From assembly GCA_965602015.1 (NCBI GenBank), contig OZ271918.1, positions 1,600,001-1,664,000 of the forward strand: a DNA stretch of 64,000 nt, given 5' to 3'. This document shows positions 50,669-60,069 of this stretch, in pieces. Made by a program: the position numbers and the translations under genes. Each line of letters starts with the position of its first letter. The first letter of the stretch is position 1. The notes beneath the pieces are model-generated. The model made no database searches, was not told the origin of the DNA, and saw only the letters and a program-made list of their open reading frames with translations. This stretch comes from Salinispira sp. (GTDB lineage Bacteria; Spirochaetota; Spirochaetia; DSM-27196; Salinispiraceae).

Positions 50669-52033
50669 ATGCCCGTATATGTAAACAGGGTTTTAAACCT
50701 GAAAAAAATTCAGCTCATCGGCTTCGACATGGACTACACCCTGGTTCGCTATCGAACCAGGGAATTTGAGACCCTGGCTCATTCCCAGGCAGCGAGAATC
50801 ATGGTCGAGGACTTCGGATATCCGCCAGAACTGAGAACCTTTGATTTTGACTATAACCGGGCGCTTGTGGGCCTGGTTATCGACACCAGAAACGGCAATC
50901 TGCTCAAACTCAGCCGCTTCGGGAAAGTCAAAAGCGCATACCATGGTCTCCAGGAAATTCACTACCGTGAAGTGAAAAAGCGCTATGCAAATGTGGCGGT
51001 GGAACTGAGGGATCCGGTGTTTATCCCCCTGGACACCAGCTTTGCCATTTCTTACGGTGTTTTATATAGCCAGTTGGTGGAATTCAAACGGAATAATGAC
51101 GCTCTCCCGGACTTCGCGGTAATCGCCCGGGACGTCGGAAGGGCAATTGACCAGGCTCATCGGGACGGATCAATAAAAAACGTCGTCCGCTCTGATTTCG
51201 AACGCTTTGTTATAGAGGATCCCCGGGTGGCCGTGCTTCTCGAGCGCTACAAGAACTACGGCAAAAAACTCATGATCATCACCAACAGCGACTACGAGTA
51301 CACCCGCAGCCTCCTGGATTACGCAATTACCCCCCATCTGAAGCGTCACGAATCATGGAAAGATGTATTTGATATCGTAATTACCTTGGCGGAAAAACCG
51401 AAGTTCTTTCAGGACTCCCGTCGTTTTCTGAGGATCGACCCGGCAACAGGAGCCATGTACAACCACGAAGGGGCGGTGAGCAGCGGGGTGTTTCAAGGCG
51501 GCTGGTTCGGCAAGCTGCAGGACGACCTGGGGCTGCTGGGCAACCAGATTCTCTATTTGGGAGACCATATTTACGGCGATGTTGTGGCAATCAAGAAGCT
51601 CTGCGACTGGAGAACCGGCCTGGTACTGGCCGATCTTGAAAGCGAAATCCACGGCATAGAAAAGGCAAGACCGGTGCAGCAGGAAATCGATCGATTGAGC
51701 CGGGATAAGGCCGCCTTGGAGCGGGAAATTAACGAACTCGATATCGCCGACTACGAGGGACGCGCCACGGACCGCAAGCATTTGGAGACCCTGTTCGAAA
51801 AGATAGAGCGCATAAATGATCAAATCTCCGAGCTGCTCACCCAGTACCGCAGTAATTTTAATCCCTACTGGGGAGAAGTGCTGCGGGCGGGTATGGAGGA
51901 GAGCCGCTACGCCGACCAGCTGGTGAATTATGCCTGCGTGTATATGACAAAGGTTTCCGACCTCTACGAATACAGCCCAAAAACCTATTTCAGGCCCCAA
52001 AGGCGAAGCCTCGCCCATGAACTGGAGTTATAA
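50669..52033 (+). CDS. HAD-IG family 5'-nucleotidase (cN-II-like)
   Basis: GFDMDYTL, ITNS, KP.FF, YLGDHIYGDV. Confidence 0.9.
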   Translation: MPVYVNRVLNLKKIQLIGFDMDYTLVRYRTREFETLAHSQAARIMVEDFGYPPELRTFDFDYNRALVGLVIDTRNGNLLKLSRFGKVKSAYHGLQEIHYREVKKRYANVAVELRDPVFIPLDTSFAISYGVLYSQLVEFKRNNDALPDFAVIARDVGRAIDQAHRDGSIKNVVRSDFERFVIEDPRVAVLLERYKNYGKKLMIITNSDYEYTRSLLDYAITPHLKRHESWKDVFDIVITLAEKPKFFQDSRRFLRIDPATGAMYNHEGAVSSGVFQGGWFGKLQDDLGLLGNQILYLGDHIYGDVVAIKKLCDWRTGLVLADLESEIHGIEKARPVQQEIDRLSRDKAALEREINELDIADYEGRATDRKHLETLFEKIERINDQISELLTQYRSNFNPYWGEVLRAGMEESRYADQLVNYACVYMTKVSDLYEYSPKTYFRPQRRSLAHELEL

Positions 52034-52039
52034 TCTCCC

Positions 52040-53296
52040 GTGACCTGGAACACCCCTTTTGGCTCACTGGACCTGGAGCGCTTTCCCTACCCGGGCGAGA
52101 AGAGCCACCGCGCCTGGGATGCTTCGGATCAGTGGATTTTGGAGCACCTGGCCGGGGGCGAAAACGCCCCGGTATTTTCCCCTGCTGTTAGCCCGGCGGG
52201 AACTGCCGAAGCAAAATATCGGGACAAAATTTCCGGGAATTGGACGGTCATCGGCGAGGACTTCGGAGCCCTGAGCTGCGCCGTGGCCCGCTTTGGCGAA
52301 AACCCGCCGATGTTTATCAGCGATTCCTATTTGGCCCATCGGGCCCTTGAGCACAACCTTCAAAAAAACCATGTCCTGATTCCTGAGCAACAGCGCCGCA
52401 GTGTCGACAGCCTGTGTGCGGCCCAGCGCTCTGGCCCCCTTAGCGATAACGAGGGAACGGCTGGGCCGAATGTCCTGGTCAAGCTTCCCCGTTCGGCGGC
52501 CATGCTGCGCCGTTACCTCCGGGCCGCCCTGCTCGTTGCGCGACCAGGTTCAATGGTGTACGTCGGGGGGATGGATAAGAGGTGGAGCCGGGCCATGAGT
52601 AAAACCGCTGAACAGCTGTTGGGGCCGGGTCTGCCGGGCCGGTTTATTCGGCGGGGGCGTTGGATAGCCTATCGGCCGGCTGATATTCCCCGCATCGATA
52701 CAATCTGCACTGAGCTCAGATCGGACCTGAGTTTCTATTCGGAAAAAAACCGGGAATACCATCAGCTCTCCGGTGTTTTTTCCGCCGGTGGTCTGGACCC
52801 CGGCGCGGCCGCTTTGCTCAAGATGATAGCAGTGTTTACCGGGGATTTTCCGAACAACGCAAAAATTGCCGATCTGGGCTGCGGAAACGGAATTCTCGGA
52901 CTTGAAACAGCCCTTGTGCTGACGGAGGCCGAGTTTACCTTTATCGATGAGTACCAGCCCGCGGTTCTCAGCGCAGAAGCAAACTGGGAACGTCATATGG
53001 GCGGCAGACAGGCCCGCTTTATATGGAGCGACGGCTTAGGCGATTTTTCCGGGGAGAGTCTTGATGCGGTGCTCTGTAATCCCCCCTTTCACCATGCCAA
53101 TATCCAAACCACTGAGACCGCATTCTCCCTGTTTTCCCAGATCCGGCGTGCCTTGAAGCCGGGTGGGCGGGCAGTAGTGGTCAGCAATGCCCATCTGGGC
53201 TACCGTAGACGTTTGGAGTTAGAGTTTGCTGAAGTAAAAGAACTTTATCGGGATCATCGCTTTGTGGTTTTTATGTGCCAAAAGGCCCGGGAGTAG
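52040..53296 (+). CDS. RlmG-like 23S rRNA methyltransferase
   Basis: AWDASD, DFGAL, SDSYL, GVFS...LD.G, DLGCGNG, CNPPFH. Confidence 0.8.
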   Translation: MTWNTPFGSLDLERFPYPGEKSHRAWDASDQWILEHLAGGENAPVFSPAVSPAGTAEAKYRDKISGNWTVIGEDFGALSCAVARFGENPPMFISDSYLAHRALEHNLQKNHVLIPEQQRRSVDSLCAAQRSGPLSDNEGTAGPNVLVKLPRSAAMLRRYLRAALLVARPGSMVYVGGMDKRWSRAMSKTAEQLLGPGLPGRFIRRGRWIAYRPADIPRIDTICTELRSDLSFYSEKNREYHQLSGVFSAGGLDPGAAALLKMIAVFTGDFPNNAKIADLGCGNGILGLETALVLTEAEFTFIDEYQPAVLSAEANWERHMGGRQARFIWSDGLGDFSGESLDAVLCNPPFHHANIQTTETAFSLFSQIRRALKPGGRAVVVSNAHLGYRRRLELEFAEVKELYRDHRFVVFMCQKARE

Positions 53297-53352
53297 ATTT
53301 CCCCGGGTCAAAAAACTTTGTTTTGTCGCCCTCGTTACTATACCTTTATTCT

Positions 53353-54135
53353 ATGGAGCAACGAAAAAAGTATTCTGCAGCCGTCCTTATGGTTCTGCTT
53401 CCTGCCCTGCTGTTCGCCCAGTACCGGGTCGATCAGGTAGAACATGCCAAAAACCCCTCAAGCTGGTCTCCCGACTTCTATGAAATATATGATTACACAA
53501 GCTATCTGGATTTCCCTCCGTTTTCCGAACCCATCGATCTGCAATCAATCGATTATCCCCTGCTCCATGCCGCCATGTTCTTTGAGTCAAACCGGGCCAG
53601 AGTCGAGAATGAACTGCCGCCCCTTGAGTGGAATCTTCATCTGGAAATAACGGCATACAACCATTCGCTGTTTATGGTGGACGAATTTGAATTTGCCCAT
53701 TATTCCGGATCATCACGACGACGCTCGCCACGCGACCGGGCCGAGCTGGCAGGGGTTGCGAATCCGCAAATTCAGGAAAACCTGGGAATAAATTTTGCCC
53801 TCGACTACGTATCAAACACGCCGTTTTACGTCCATGGAGACGGCGTCTTTAGCTACGACAACAACCCTGACAATCCGTTGAGGGTGCTCAGCTACCATGA
53901 ATTCGGCATGAGGGCAGTTCGCCTGTGGATGTCGTCGTTCGGACATCGGAGAAACCTGCTAAACGAACGGGCGGTGCAGCTGGGAACCGGAGCATTTTTC
54001 TTTCGGGATGCAAACGCCGGATACTTCCCCAAGTTTCGCACGACCCAGAATTTTCAGTGGTTCACCGAAGTCATTCCGGGAGAAACCCTCGAACCCTTGC
54101 CCCCCGGATATGCCGTCGACAAAATTGTTGAATAA
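53353..54135 (+). CDS. secreted CAP/SCP-domain protein
   Basis: Signal peptide; N..R...L..L, HS..M....FAH, ENL, WMSS.GHR.NLL. Confidence 0.8.
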   Translation: MEQRKKYSAAVLMVLLPALLFAQYRVDQVEHAKNPSSWSPDFYEIYDYTSYLDFPPFSEPIDLQSIDYPLLHAAMFFESNRARVENELPPLEWNLHLEITAYNHSLFMVDEFEFAHYSGSSRRRSPRDRAELAGVANPQIQENLGINFALDYVSNTPFYVHGDGVFSYDNNPDNPLRVLSYHEFGMRAVRLWMSSFGHRRNLLNERAVQLGTGAFFFRDANAGYFPKFRTTQNFQWFTEVIPGETLEPLPPGYAVDKIVE

Positions 54136-54159
54136 AAAGGGCCCTGCATCGCAGGGTCC
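54134..54159 (-). terminator. terminator of the rhodanese operon
   Basis: GGACCCTGC/GCAGGGCCC hairpin plus T5 on the minus strand. Confidence 0.7.
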
Positions 54160-54210
54160 GGAAAAGATGTTGATTGTGAGAACAGCTGTGCGGGTTCAGC
54201 GTCTAGGCCC

Positions 54211-55095
54211 TTAGATCTCCAGAGTGAACTCCGCGTCGCCGAGTATGCGGCGGTTGCCCTGGTAATCCCGGATTCCGCCGACATTATAGACCTTGGTGTA
54301 GCCCAGTTCGTCGAGGGCCGCCTTGACGTATCCGGCCCGGGTTCCCGATCCGCACATCAGGAAGATTTCCCGATTTTTGTCTCCAAAAATATTCTGGAGG
54401 ATGGCTCGGCTGGTGATGTCCGCGGGGGTAAAATCCCAACCGGTATTCCTGGTCAGCGCGCGGTTATCGAGGTATTCGAAGAATGAGATAAACTCAAAGC
54501 TGTCCACCGAGCCGGCGGTGTACCGGTCTCCCACATTCCGCAGATCGACATACTTCGCACCGTCGCGATACAGGAAATTGTCGATGTTGGCCATGGTCAC
54601 CTCTGCGGGAAGAGCAGACTCGCCGGCGAATTCGCCGTCTCCCAGAATCTTGTTCTCACCGGCGTAATCGCGGATACCGCCGGCGTTGAAAACCTTGGTG
54701 TAGCCGATGGATTCCAGGGCAGCCTTGGTATATCCCGCCCGGGTCCCCGAACCGCACATCAGCACGACTGCTTCGTCCTTGGGTCCGAAAACATTGGTGA
54801 GCATGGCTTCGCTGACTACATCAGAATCAGAAAACTCCCATCCGTTGTTTCTAACCAGCGCCCTGCCCTCCAGGTATTCGAAGAAGGGAACCACTTCAAA
54901 TCCGGCCACATAGCCGCCGCTGAACATATCGGAAAAATTCCGCAAATCGATGAACCGGGCATCGTATGCCAGATAATTGTCGATATTTGCCATGGTGATT
55001 TCTTCATTGCCGCTGAGTTCGGCTGCTGAAGAACCGCAGCTGGCCAGCGTAACGGCCATCACCAGAGTTACAAGAAATACTACTGTTTTTTTCAT
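54211..55095 (-). CDS. tandem-rhodanese-domain lipoprotein
   Basis: Lipobox LAS-C; two repeats, each with DLR, CGSGTRA and GYTKV.N.GG. Confidence 0.85.
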   Translation of the reverse strand: MKKTVVFLVTLVMAVTLASCGSSAAELSGNEEITMANIDNYLAYDARFIDLRNFSDMFSGGYVAGFEVVPFFEYLEGRALVRNNGWEFSDSDVVSEAMLTNVFGPKDEAVVLMCGSGTRAGYTKAALESIGYTKVFNAGGIRDYAGENKILGDGEFAGESALPAEVTMANIDNFLYRDGAKYVDLRNVGDRYTAGSVDSFEFISFFEYLDNRALTRNTGWDFTPADITSRAILQNIFGDKNREIFLMCGSGTRAGYVKAALDELGYTKVYNVGGIRDYQGNRRILGDAEFTLEI

Positions 55096-55169
55096 TGCTC
55101 TCTCCTGTTTACCGGATCATCCGGCGTACTGTTTTGTATGAAATAATCGATTACTTTTCGTGCTGCCGC

Positions 55170-55754
55170 TCACATGTAGCGTTCATTGTGGTACTTGAAC
55201 AGACCCTGAAGCACCCGTACCGCGTTGTTCGGAGTAACCGTCGCGCCGGTGTAGGCATCTGCTTCTCCGTGCATCGGTTCGATGGCATTGATGGATTCCT
55301 GGGAAGCTCCGAACAGATTATCCGCAGTGTACATCGCCATTAGTTCCTTGACCGGAGTTCCGTCCCAGCTGACTTCACTGTCGCCGTAAAGACCGCTCTG
55401 ATAGTGGTCAGTTGAATCCATTTCCCAGGAAATATAATCAACGGCGCCGTCGTTCTTGTTCAGTTCGACGTATGCCACCGACCAGTAATTCACCTGCGGG
55501 GCCCTACAGGTACAGGCGATGTAGGCAACCTGGTATTTTACGGTCTCGAGCTGCTCGTATTCGAACAGCACGAAGGCTACCATTTCGGTTTCTTCCCGGT
55601 GACCGTTCACGTGGGTCCAGTAAAAGGCATTATCGACGGTAATGCCCGTCGTTTCCGCCGGCGCCGCTGCCTCCGGGGGAGGAGCCTGTTGACCGCAGCT
55701 GACGGCCAAGGCCACAATAAAAAGCACTATTGAAAAAAATGCAATTTTCTTCAT
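55170..55754 (-). CDS. lipoprotein with CxC motif and FMN-attachment (flavinylation) motif
   Basis: Lipobox AVS-C; ACTCR; DAYTGATVT; GGAGG RBS. Confidence 0.7.
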   Translation of the reverse strand: MKKIAFFSIVLFIVALAVSCGQQAPPPEAAAPAETTGITVDNAFYWTHVNGHREETEMVAFVLFEYEQLETVKYQVAYIACTCRAPQVNYWSVAYVELNKNDGAVDYISWEMDSTDHYQSGLYGDSEVSWDGTPVKELMAMYTADNLFGASQESINAIEPMHGEADAYTGATVTPNNAVRVLQGLFKYHNERYM

Positions 55755-55784
55755 GTGCCCTCCTAATTGCTGAGTAAAATTGTC

Positions 55785-55808
55785 AAATAGATAATATTTT
55801 ATCTATTT
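55785..55808. promoter_or_regulatory. operator-like palindrome
   Basis: AAATAGATAA-n4-TTATCTATTT, a perfect inverted repeat 30 nt upstream of the operon. Confidence 0.65.
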
Positions 55809-55868
55809 ACCTGCATAATAGGGCACAATAAAAAATTACACAAGTATTTTGTTGTGAAACTAGTAATT

Positions 55869-57665
55869 TTATTTCGACAGTTCGATAAATTCGGAAATCC
55901 GTTTTTCAATAAGGTCTAGGCTGCGATTCCAGAAATCGCCCTCGGCGATATTCAATCCGAGATTATCCTGAATGACATCCTCGGTCCGCTTGCAGCCCGT
56001 ATCGATGAGAACCCGGCGGTACTTATCGGCGAAACCCCGGCCTTCCTCACGGGCCATGGCATACAGCGCGTTGCTGAACAGGTAGCCGAAGGTATAGGGA
56101 AAATTGTAAAACGACAGTCCCGAGATATAGAAATGAAGCTTGCTGGCCCACAGACGCGGATCGTAGCTGTCCAGGAGATCCCGATAGGCAGTTTTCTGAG
56201 CATCGAGCATCAGCTCATCCAATTGAGCGGTCTGCAGTTCCCCACCTGACCGGGCGCTGTATAGCCCGCTTTCGAAAATGAATCGGGCGTGTATGTTCAT
56301 AAGCATGACCATGGACATCCGGATGCTGTTGTCGAGCATCGCCAGTTTAAGCGACCGGTCTTCTGCATGAGTAATGAGATAATCGTTTATGATCTCCTCG
56401 GCGAAGGTACTGGCAGTCTCCGCAGTGCTCATTACGTACAGCTGATGTGCAAAGGGCTGGTCCTGCAGCACATGTCCGTGATAAGCGTGTCCCAGCTCAT
56501 GGGCAAGGGTTCTCATGGAACCATAGCTCTCCTTAAATGTCATGAACACCCTCGGCTCCCGGCGCCGGTGGAATCGGGTACAAAATGCTCCCGGGCGCTT
56601 TCCCGAGCGATCCTCCGACTCTATAAAGCCGCTGGCTGCAGCCTCGGCGGCGAACTCGCCCATCTGGGGGTCGAATAAGCCGAACTGTTCAATAATGCCC
56701 TCCAGGGCCTCATCAAATGATACCGATCCGCCCCCGGGCATTGGAGCGCTCTGGTCGAACCAGCTCAGCTTATCCCTTCCCAGCTGGGCGGCCTTGATAT
56801 CGAACCACGGCTTGAGCATGTCCTTTCGGCGGTCTATGGCATCCCACATGGCCTCCAGGCTGCTTCGCTGAAGCCGGTTGTCTTCAAGGGGCTTGTCGAG
56901 AAAATGACCGTAGCCCTGTTGCTTGTAGAGACTTAAACGGGTTCCCGAAATATGATTTAGTGCATCGGCGCAGTCATCGGCAATGCTTTGCCATGCGGCA
57001 TCGGCGGCAAAAAAGGTATTCTCCCTGTAGCTCCGCTCCGGGTGATCAAAACGCAGCTGGGAAACCGATTTCTTCACAACCCGGCCTTTTTCCATAATCG
57101 CAACCGTTAAATCAGAACTTTTTCGGGTATAAAAACGTCCCCAGGCACTGATTCCGTCGACTGCGAGCCGGGCAGCGAGGGCTTCCCTCGCCTCATCCAT
57201 CATGTGCTCACTGCTTCGATAAAGCTCCCGCAATGCAAAATCTATGGATTGTAATGTGCTGTTATCCTTCAGGGCCTTTTCAAAAGCGGTAAAATCAGAC
57301 TGCTTCAACTGGATTCTCAGACTAATAGTCACCTCGGACAATCCGGCGGACAGGGCGCTGAGCGTACCAAGCAGACCGGCGTAGGCCTTGTTCTGGGCAT
57401 CCGCGCTGGCATGACAGTTTACATACACCTGCAACTGTCTGCCGAGCATTTGCACATCCGAGTATTGCTCCATGAATGATGCCCATCCGTCCGCGTGGGT
57501 TGCCGACCTGGTCTCATCCTCGTGGGTCGTGAACGGCGTAAGTTTTTTCACTTCGAGGTTAAGGCCGTCGATGCGGGATTCATACCTGCTCAAATCTGAG
57601 GTGAAGGCCGAATCTTCAACTGACTGATAGACTACTTCCAGGTTCCATGTACGCGGGTATTTCAT
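55869..57665 (-). CDS. M3B oligoendopeptidase F family protein
   Basis: WNLE, GKRPGAFC, TLAHELGHAYH, AETASTFAE, YNFPYTFG. Confidence 0.92.
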   Translation of the reverse strand: MKYPRTWNLEVVYQSVEDSAFTSDLSRYESRIDGLNLEVKKLTPFTTHEDETRSATHADGWASFMEQYSDVQMLGRQLQVYVNCHASADAQNKAYAGLLGTLSALSAGLSEVTISLRIQLKQSDFTAFEKALKDNSTLQSIDFALRELYRSSEHMMDEAREALAARLAVDGISAWGRFYTRKSSDLTVAIMEKGRVVKKSVSQLRFDHPERSYRENTFFAADAAWQSIADDCADALNHISGTRLSLYKQQGYGHFLDKPLEDNRLQRSSLEAMWDAIDRRKDMLKPWFDIKAAQLGRDKLSWFDQSAPMPGGGSVSFDEALEGIIEQFGLFDPQMGEFAAEAAASGFIESEDRSGKRPGAFCTRFHRRREPRVFMTFKESYGSMRTLAHELGHAYHGHVLQDQPFAHQLYVMSTAETASTFAEEIINDYLITHAEDRSLKLAMLDNSIRMSMVMLMNIHARFIFESGLYSARSGGELQTAQLDELMLDAQKTAYRDLLDSYDPRLWASKLHFYISGLSFYNFPYTFGYLFSNALYAMAREEGRGFADKYRRVLIDTGCKRTEDVIQDNLGLNIAEGDFWNRSLDLIEKRISEFIELSK

Positions 57666-57779
57666 CCGATGCTCCTTTAGCTAAGGCTGAATTGTACCAT
57701 GGTATTGAAGGCTTTGCCTTTTCTCTCAACTCTTCATACCTTACAAATGCACCCTCTCATAACCACAAGGAGAAAACTA

Positions 57780-58391
57780 GTGGAAATACTCGAACGACTC
57801 GATAAACACTATTTCGAACAGGGAATGACCCTCCCCGAATATGCCGGAACGACACGGAACTACCGGGGTTTTATCAAGGAACTTATGCTCAGCGCTGATC
57901 CGTTGGAAAGCAGCGTCGAAAAGCTCAAATCGCTTATTGCACCGTTACCGGCCCCGGTGAGAGCCACCGTCAACACCGAAGACTGGTGCGGGGACTGGGC
58001 GTGTAATGCGCCGTTTTTGGGAGAATTATTCAGCCGCTCGGGCATAGAAATGCGGATATTCCGCGGCTCGGAGTTCCCCGCGTTGAAGAAGCGTTATGAA
58101 CGCGACGGTGACGATCACATCCCCGCTGTGAGCCTGTGGGACGGCGAGGGAAACGAGCTCATACGATGGATCGAAGCCCCGGAAAAAGTGTCCGCCATGA
58201 AGGACGAGTGGAAGGCACAGCACAGTGAGTTTATGGAAACCTATCGAAGTAAAGACAGCGATCCTGAGGCAAAAAAAGCCTGGCCGAAGATGTACCGGGA
58301 TTTTATGGAGCTGATGGCAGGGTGGTACCGCGATGGAATGTGGCATGAAATTTCTGCGGAACTTATCGCAGCCTTGGAAGATCGACGATGA
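57780..58391 (+). CDS. thioredoxin-fold protein (Thioredoxin_9-like)
   Basis: TEDWCGD and cis-Pro HIP; AAGGAG RBS before GTG. Confidence 0.75.
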   Translation: MEILERLDKHYFEQGMTLPEYAGTTRNYRGFIKELMLSADPLESSVEKLKSLIAPLPAPVRATVNTEDWCGDWACNAPFLGELFSRSGIEMRIFRGSEFPALKKRYERDGDDHIPAVSLWDGEGNELIRWIEAPEKVSAMKDEWKAQHSEFMETYRSKDSDPEAKKAWPKMYRDFMELMAGWYRDGMWHEISAELIAALEDRR

Positions 58392-59233
58392 TGCAGGGCA
58401 AACGAGTGCTCATAACCGGAGCGAACAGCGGCATTGGATTTGCTACCGCAAAAATCCTGGCAGGCAAGGGGGCGGAGATTATCGCGGCATGCCGCAACCG
58501 GGAACGCGGACAACGGGCTCTGGAAGACATCGCACGTGAGGCTAGGGGACCCGCCCCAAGGCTTCTCGAACTGGATTTAAATTCCCTGTCCTCGGTCAGG
58601 GAGGCTGCAGGCAAAATGCTCGGGGAAAACAACGCCATTGATGTGCTGATCAACAATGCGGGTATAATCCTGCCTCAGCGGGAGCTCAGTGCGGACGGGT
58701 ATGAGTCACAGTTTGCGACCAATCACCTCGGACACTTTCTCCTGACCAGATTGCTGGTTCCACTTTTGGAGAAGGCGGAGTCTGGAAGAATCATAAATCT
58801 TTCATCCGGCGCACATTGGGCGGGCAAAATACATTTTGACGATATAATGCTCGAGGAAAACTATCGTCCGTTTGTTGCGTACAGCCAAAGCAAACTGGCA
58901 AACATCCTGTTCACCCGTTCCCTTGCGTCTGAGCTAAAAGAACGCGGCATTACGGTCAATGCAGTTCATCCCGGATTCGTCCGCAGCAACTTTTCCGGAG
59001 ATCGTAAAACCGGAAAGCAGCCGCTGCTTTTCCGCCTATTGAGCTTTGCCGCCGTATCCAACGAGAAAGGCGCTGAGACCAGTGTATATCTGGCCGAGAG
59101 CCCCGATGTCGCGGGCATAAGCGGTGAATACTTTGCCAAGTGCAAGGTGGCACCGAGCAGCCCACGCAGCAAAGATGTTAAAACCGTCGCCAGGCTTTGG
59201 AAACTCAGTGAAGAACTCTGTAATCTTTCCTGA
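58388..59233 (+). CDS. SDR oxidoreductase (retinol-DH/WWOX-like)
   Basis: TGANSGIG, INNAG, NHLGHF, YSQSK, HPG. Confidence 0.92.
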   Translation: MMQGKRVLITGANSGIGFATAKILAGKGAEIIAACRNRERGQRALEDIAREARGPAPRLLELDLNSLSSVREAAGKMLGENNAIDVLINNAGIILPQRELSADGYESQFATNHLGHFLLTRLLVPLLEKAESGRIINLSSGAHWAGKIHFDDIMLEENYRPFVAYSQSKLANILFTRSLASELKERGITVNAVHPGFVRSNFSGDRKTGKQPLLFRLLSFAAVSNEKGAETSVYLAESPDVAGISGEYFAKCKVAPSSPRSKDVKTVARLWKLSEELCNLS

Positions 59234-59311
59234 TAATCGTGCAACGTTGTGCATATCGCGGGTGGCAGATAGAAAACCACACAGCGGAAAATCAGGAATC
59301 ATCCAAGAGGT

Positions 59312-59995
59312 ATGGGCAAGGTGGATAGCGAACCCGACAGCGTAATCAGCCCCTATGAACATCATATGTCCGAGCTTGTGGTACAAACCCTCGATACGCT
59401 TTATCCGACCCAGGATATTCCCTTAAATCACCGCGACCCCTATACGCTGTTGATTGCGGTGCTGCTCTCAGCCCAATGCACCGATGCCAGGGTCAATACG
59501 GTAACCCCCGAGCTCTTTGCCCGGGCTTCAACTCCGCAGCAGATGTCCAGGCTTGGGGTAGAAGAAATCCAAAAGATAATCCGGCCCTGCGGGCTTGCGC
59601 CCACAAAGGCAAAGAACATACGTGCCCTTTCAAAAATCCTGGCGGAGGCAGAAATTCCCGAAATCGTGCCCAGGGATTTGACGGAACTCGAGAAGCTGCC
59701 AGGTGTCGGACACAAAACCGCATCGGTGGTGATAAGTCAGGCCTTCGGCATCCCGGCATTCCCGGTGGACACCCATATCCATAGACTGATGGCCCGGTGG
59801 GGTCTAAGCTCGGGAAAAAATGTCGTTCAAACCGAGCGCGATGCAAAACGCCTTTTCCCCCGCAGCCGTTGGAATGCCCTTCATCTGCAGATCATTTACT
59901 TCGGCCGGGAGTATTGCCCTGCCCGGGGACACGATGAAACTGCGTGCCCCATTTGCTGCCGGGTTGACGAGTACAAAGGGCGTTACCTCCGGTAA
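59312..59995 (+). CDS. nth: endonuclease III
   Basis: LLSAQCTD, HhH LPGVGHKTA, PVDTH, C-terminal Cys cluster. Confidence 0.92.
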   Translation: MGKVDSEPDSVISPYEHHMSELVVQTLDTLYPTQDIPLNHRDPYTLLIAVLLSAQCTDARVNTVTPELFARASTPQQMSRLGVEEIQKIIRPCGLAPTKAKNIRALSKILAEAEIPEIVPRDLTELEKLPGVGHKTASVVISQAFGIPAFPVDTHIHRLMARWGLSSGKNVVQTERDAKRLFPRSRWNALHLQIIYFGREYCPARGHDETACPICCRVDEYKGRYLR

Positions 59996-60069
59996 ACCGT
60001 GCGCCGGATAGGATTTTCACCCGCCGTTCTATCGCTGCCGCGGCTGCTTTGACCAGGGCAGCTCTGGAT

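Noticed and set aside
54211..58391. Selenocysteine recoding in the redox proteins
   Set aside because: Active-site positions are ordinary Cys/Trp codons; no in-frame TGA.
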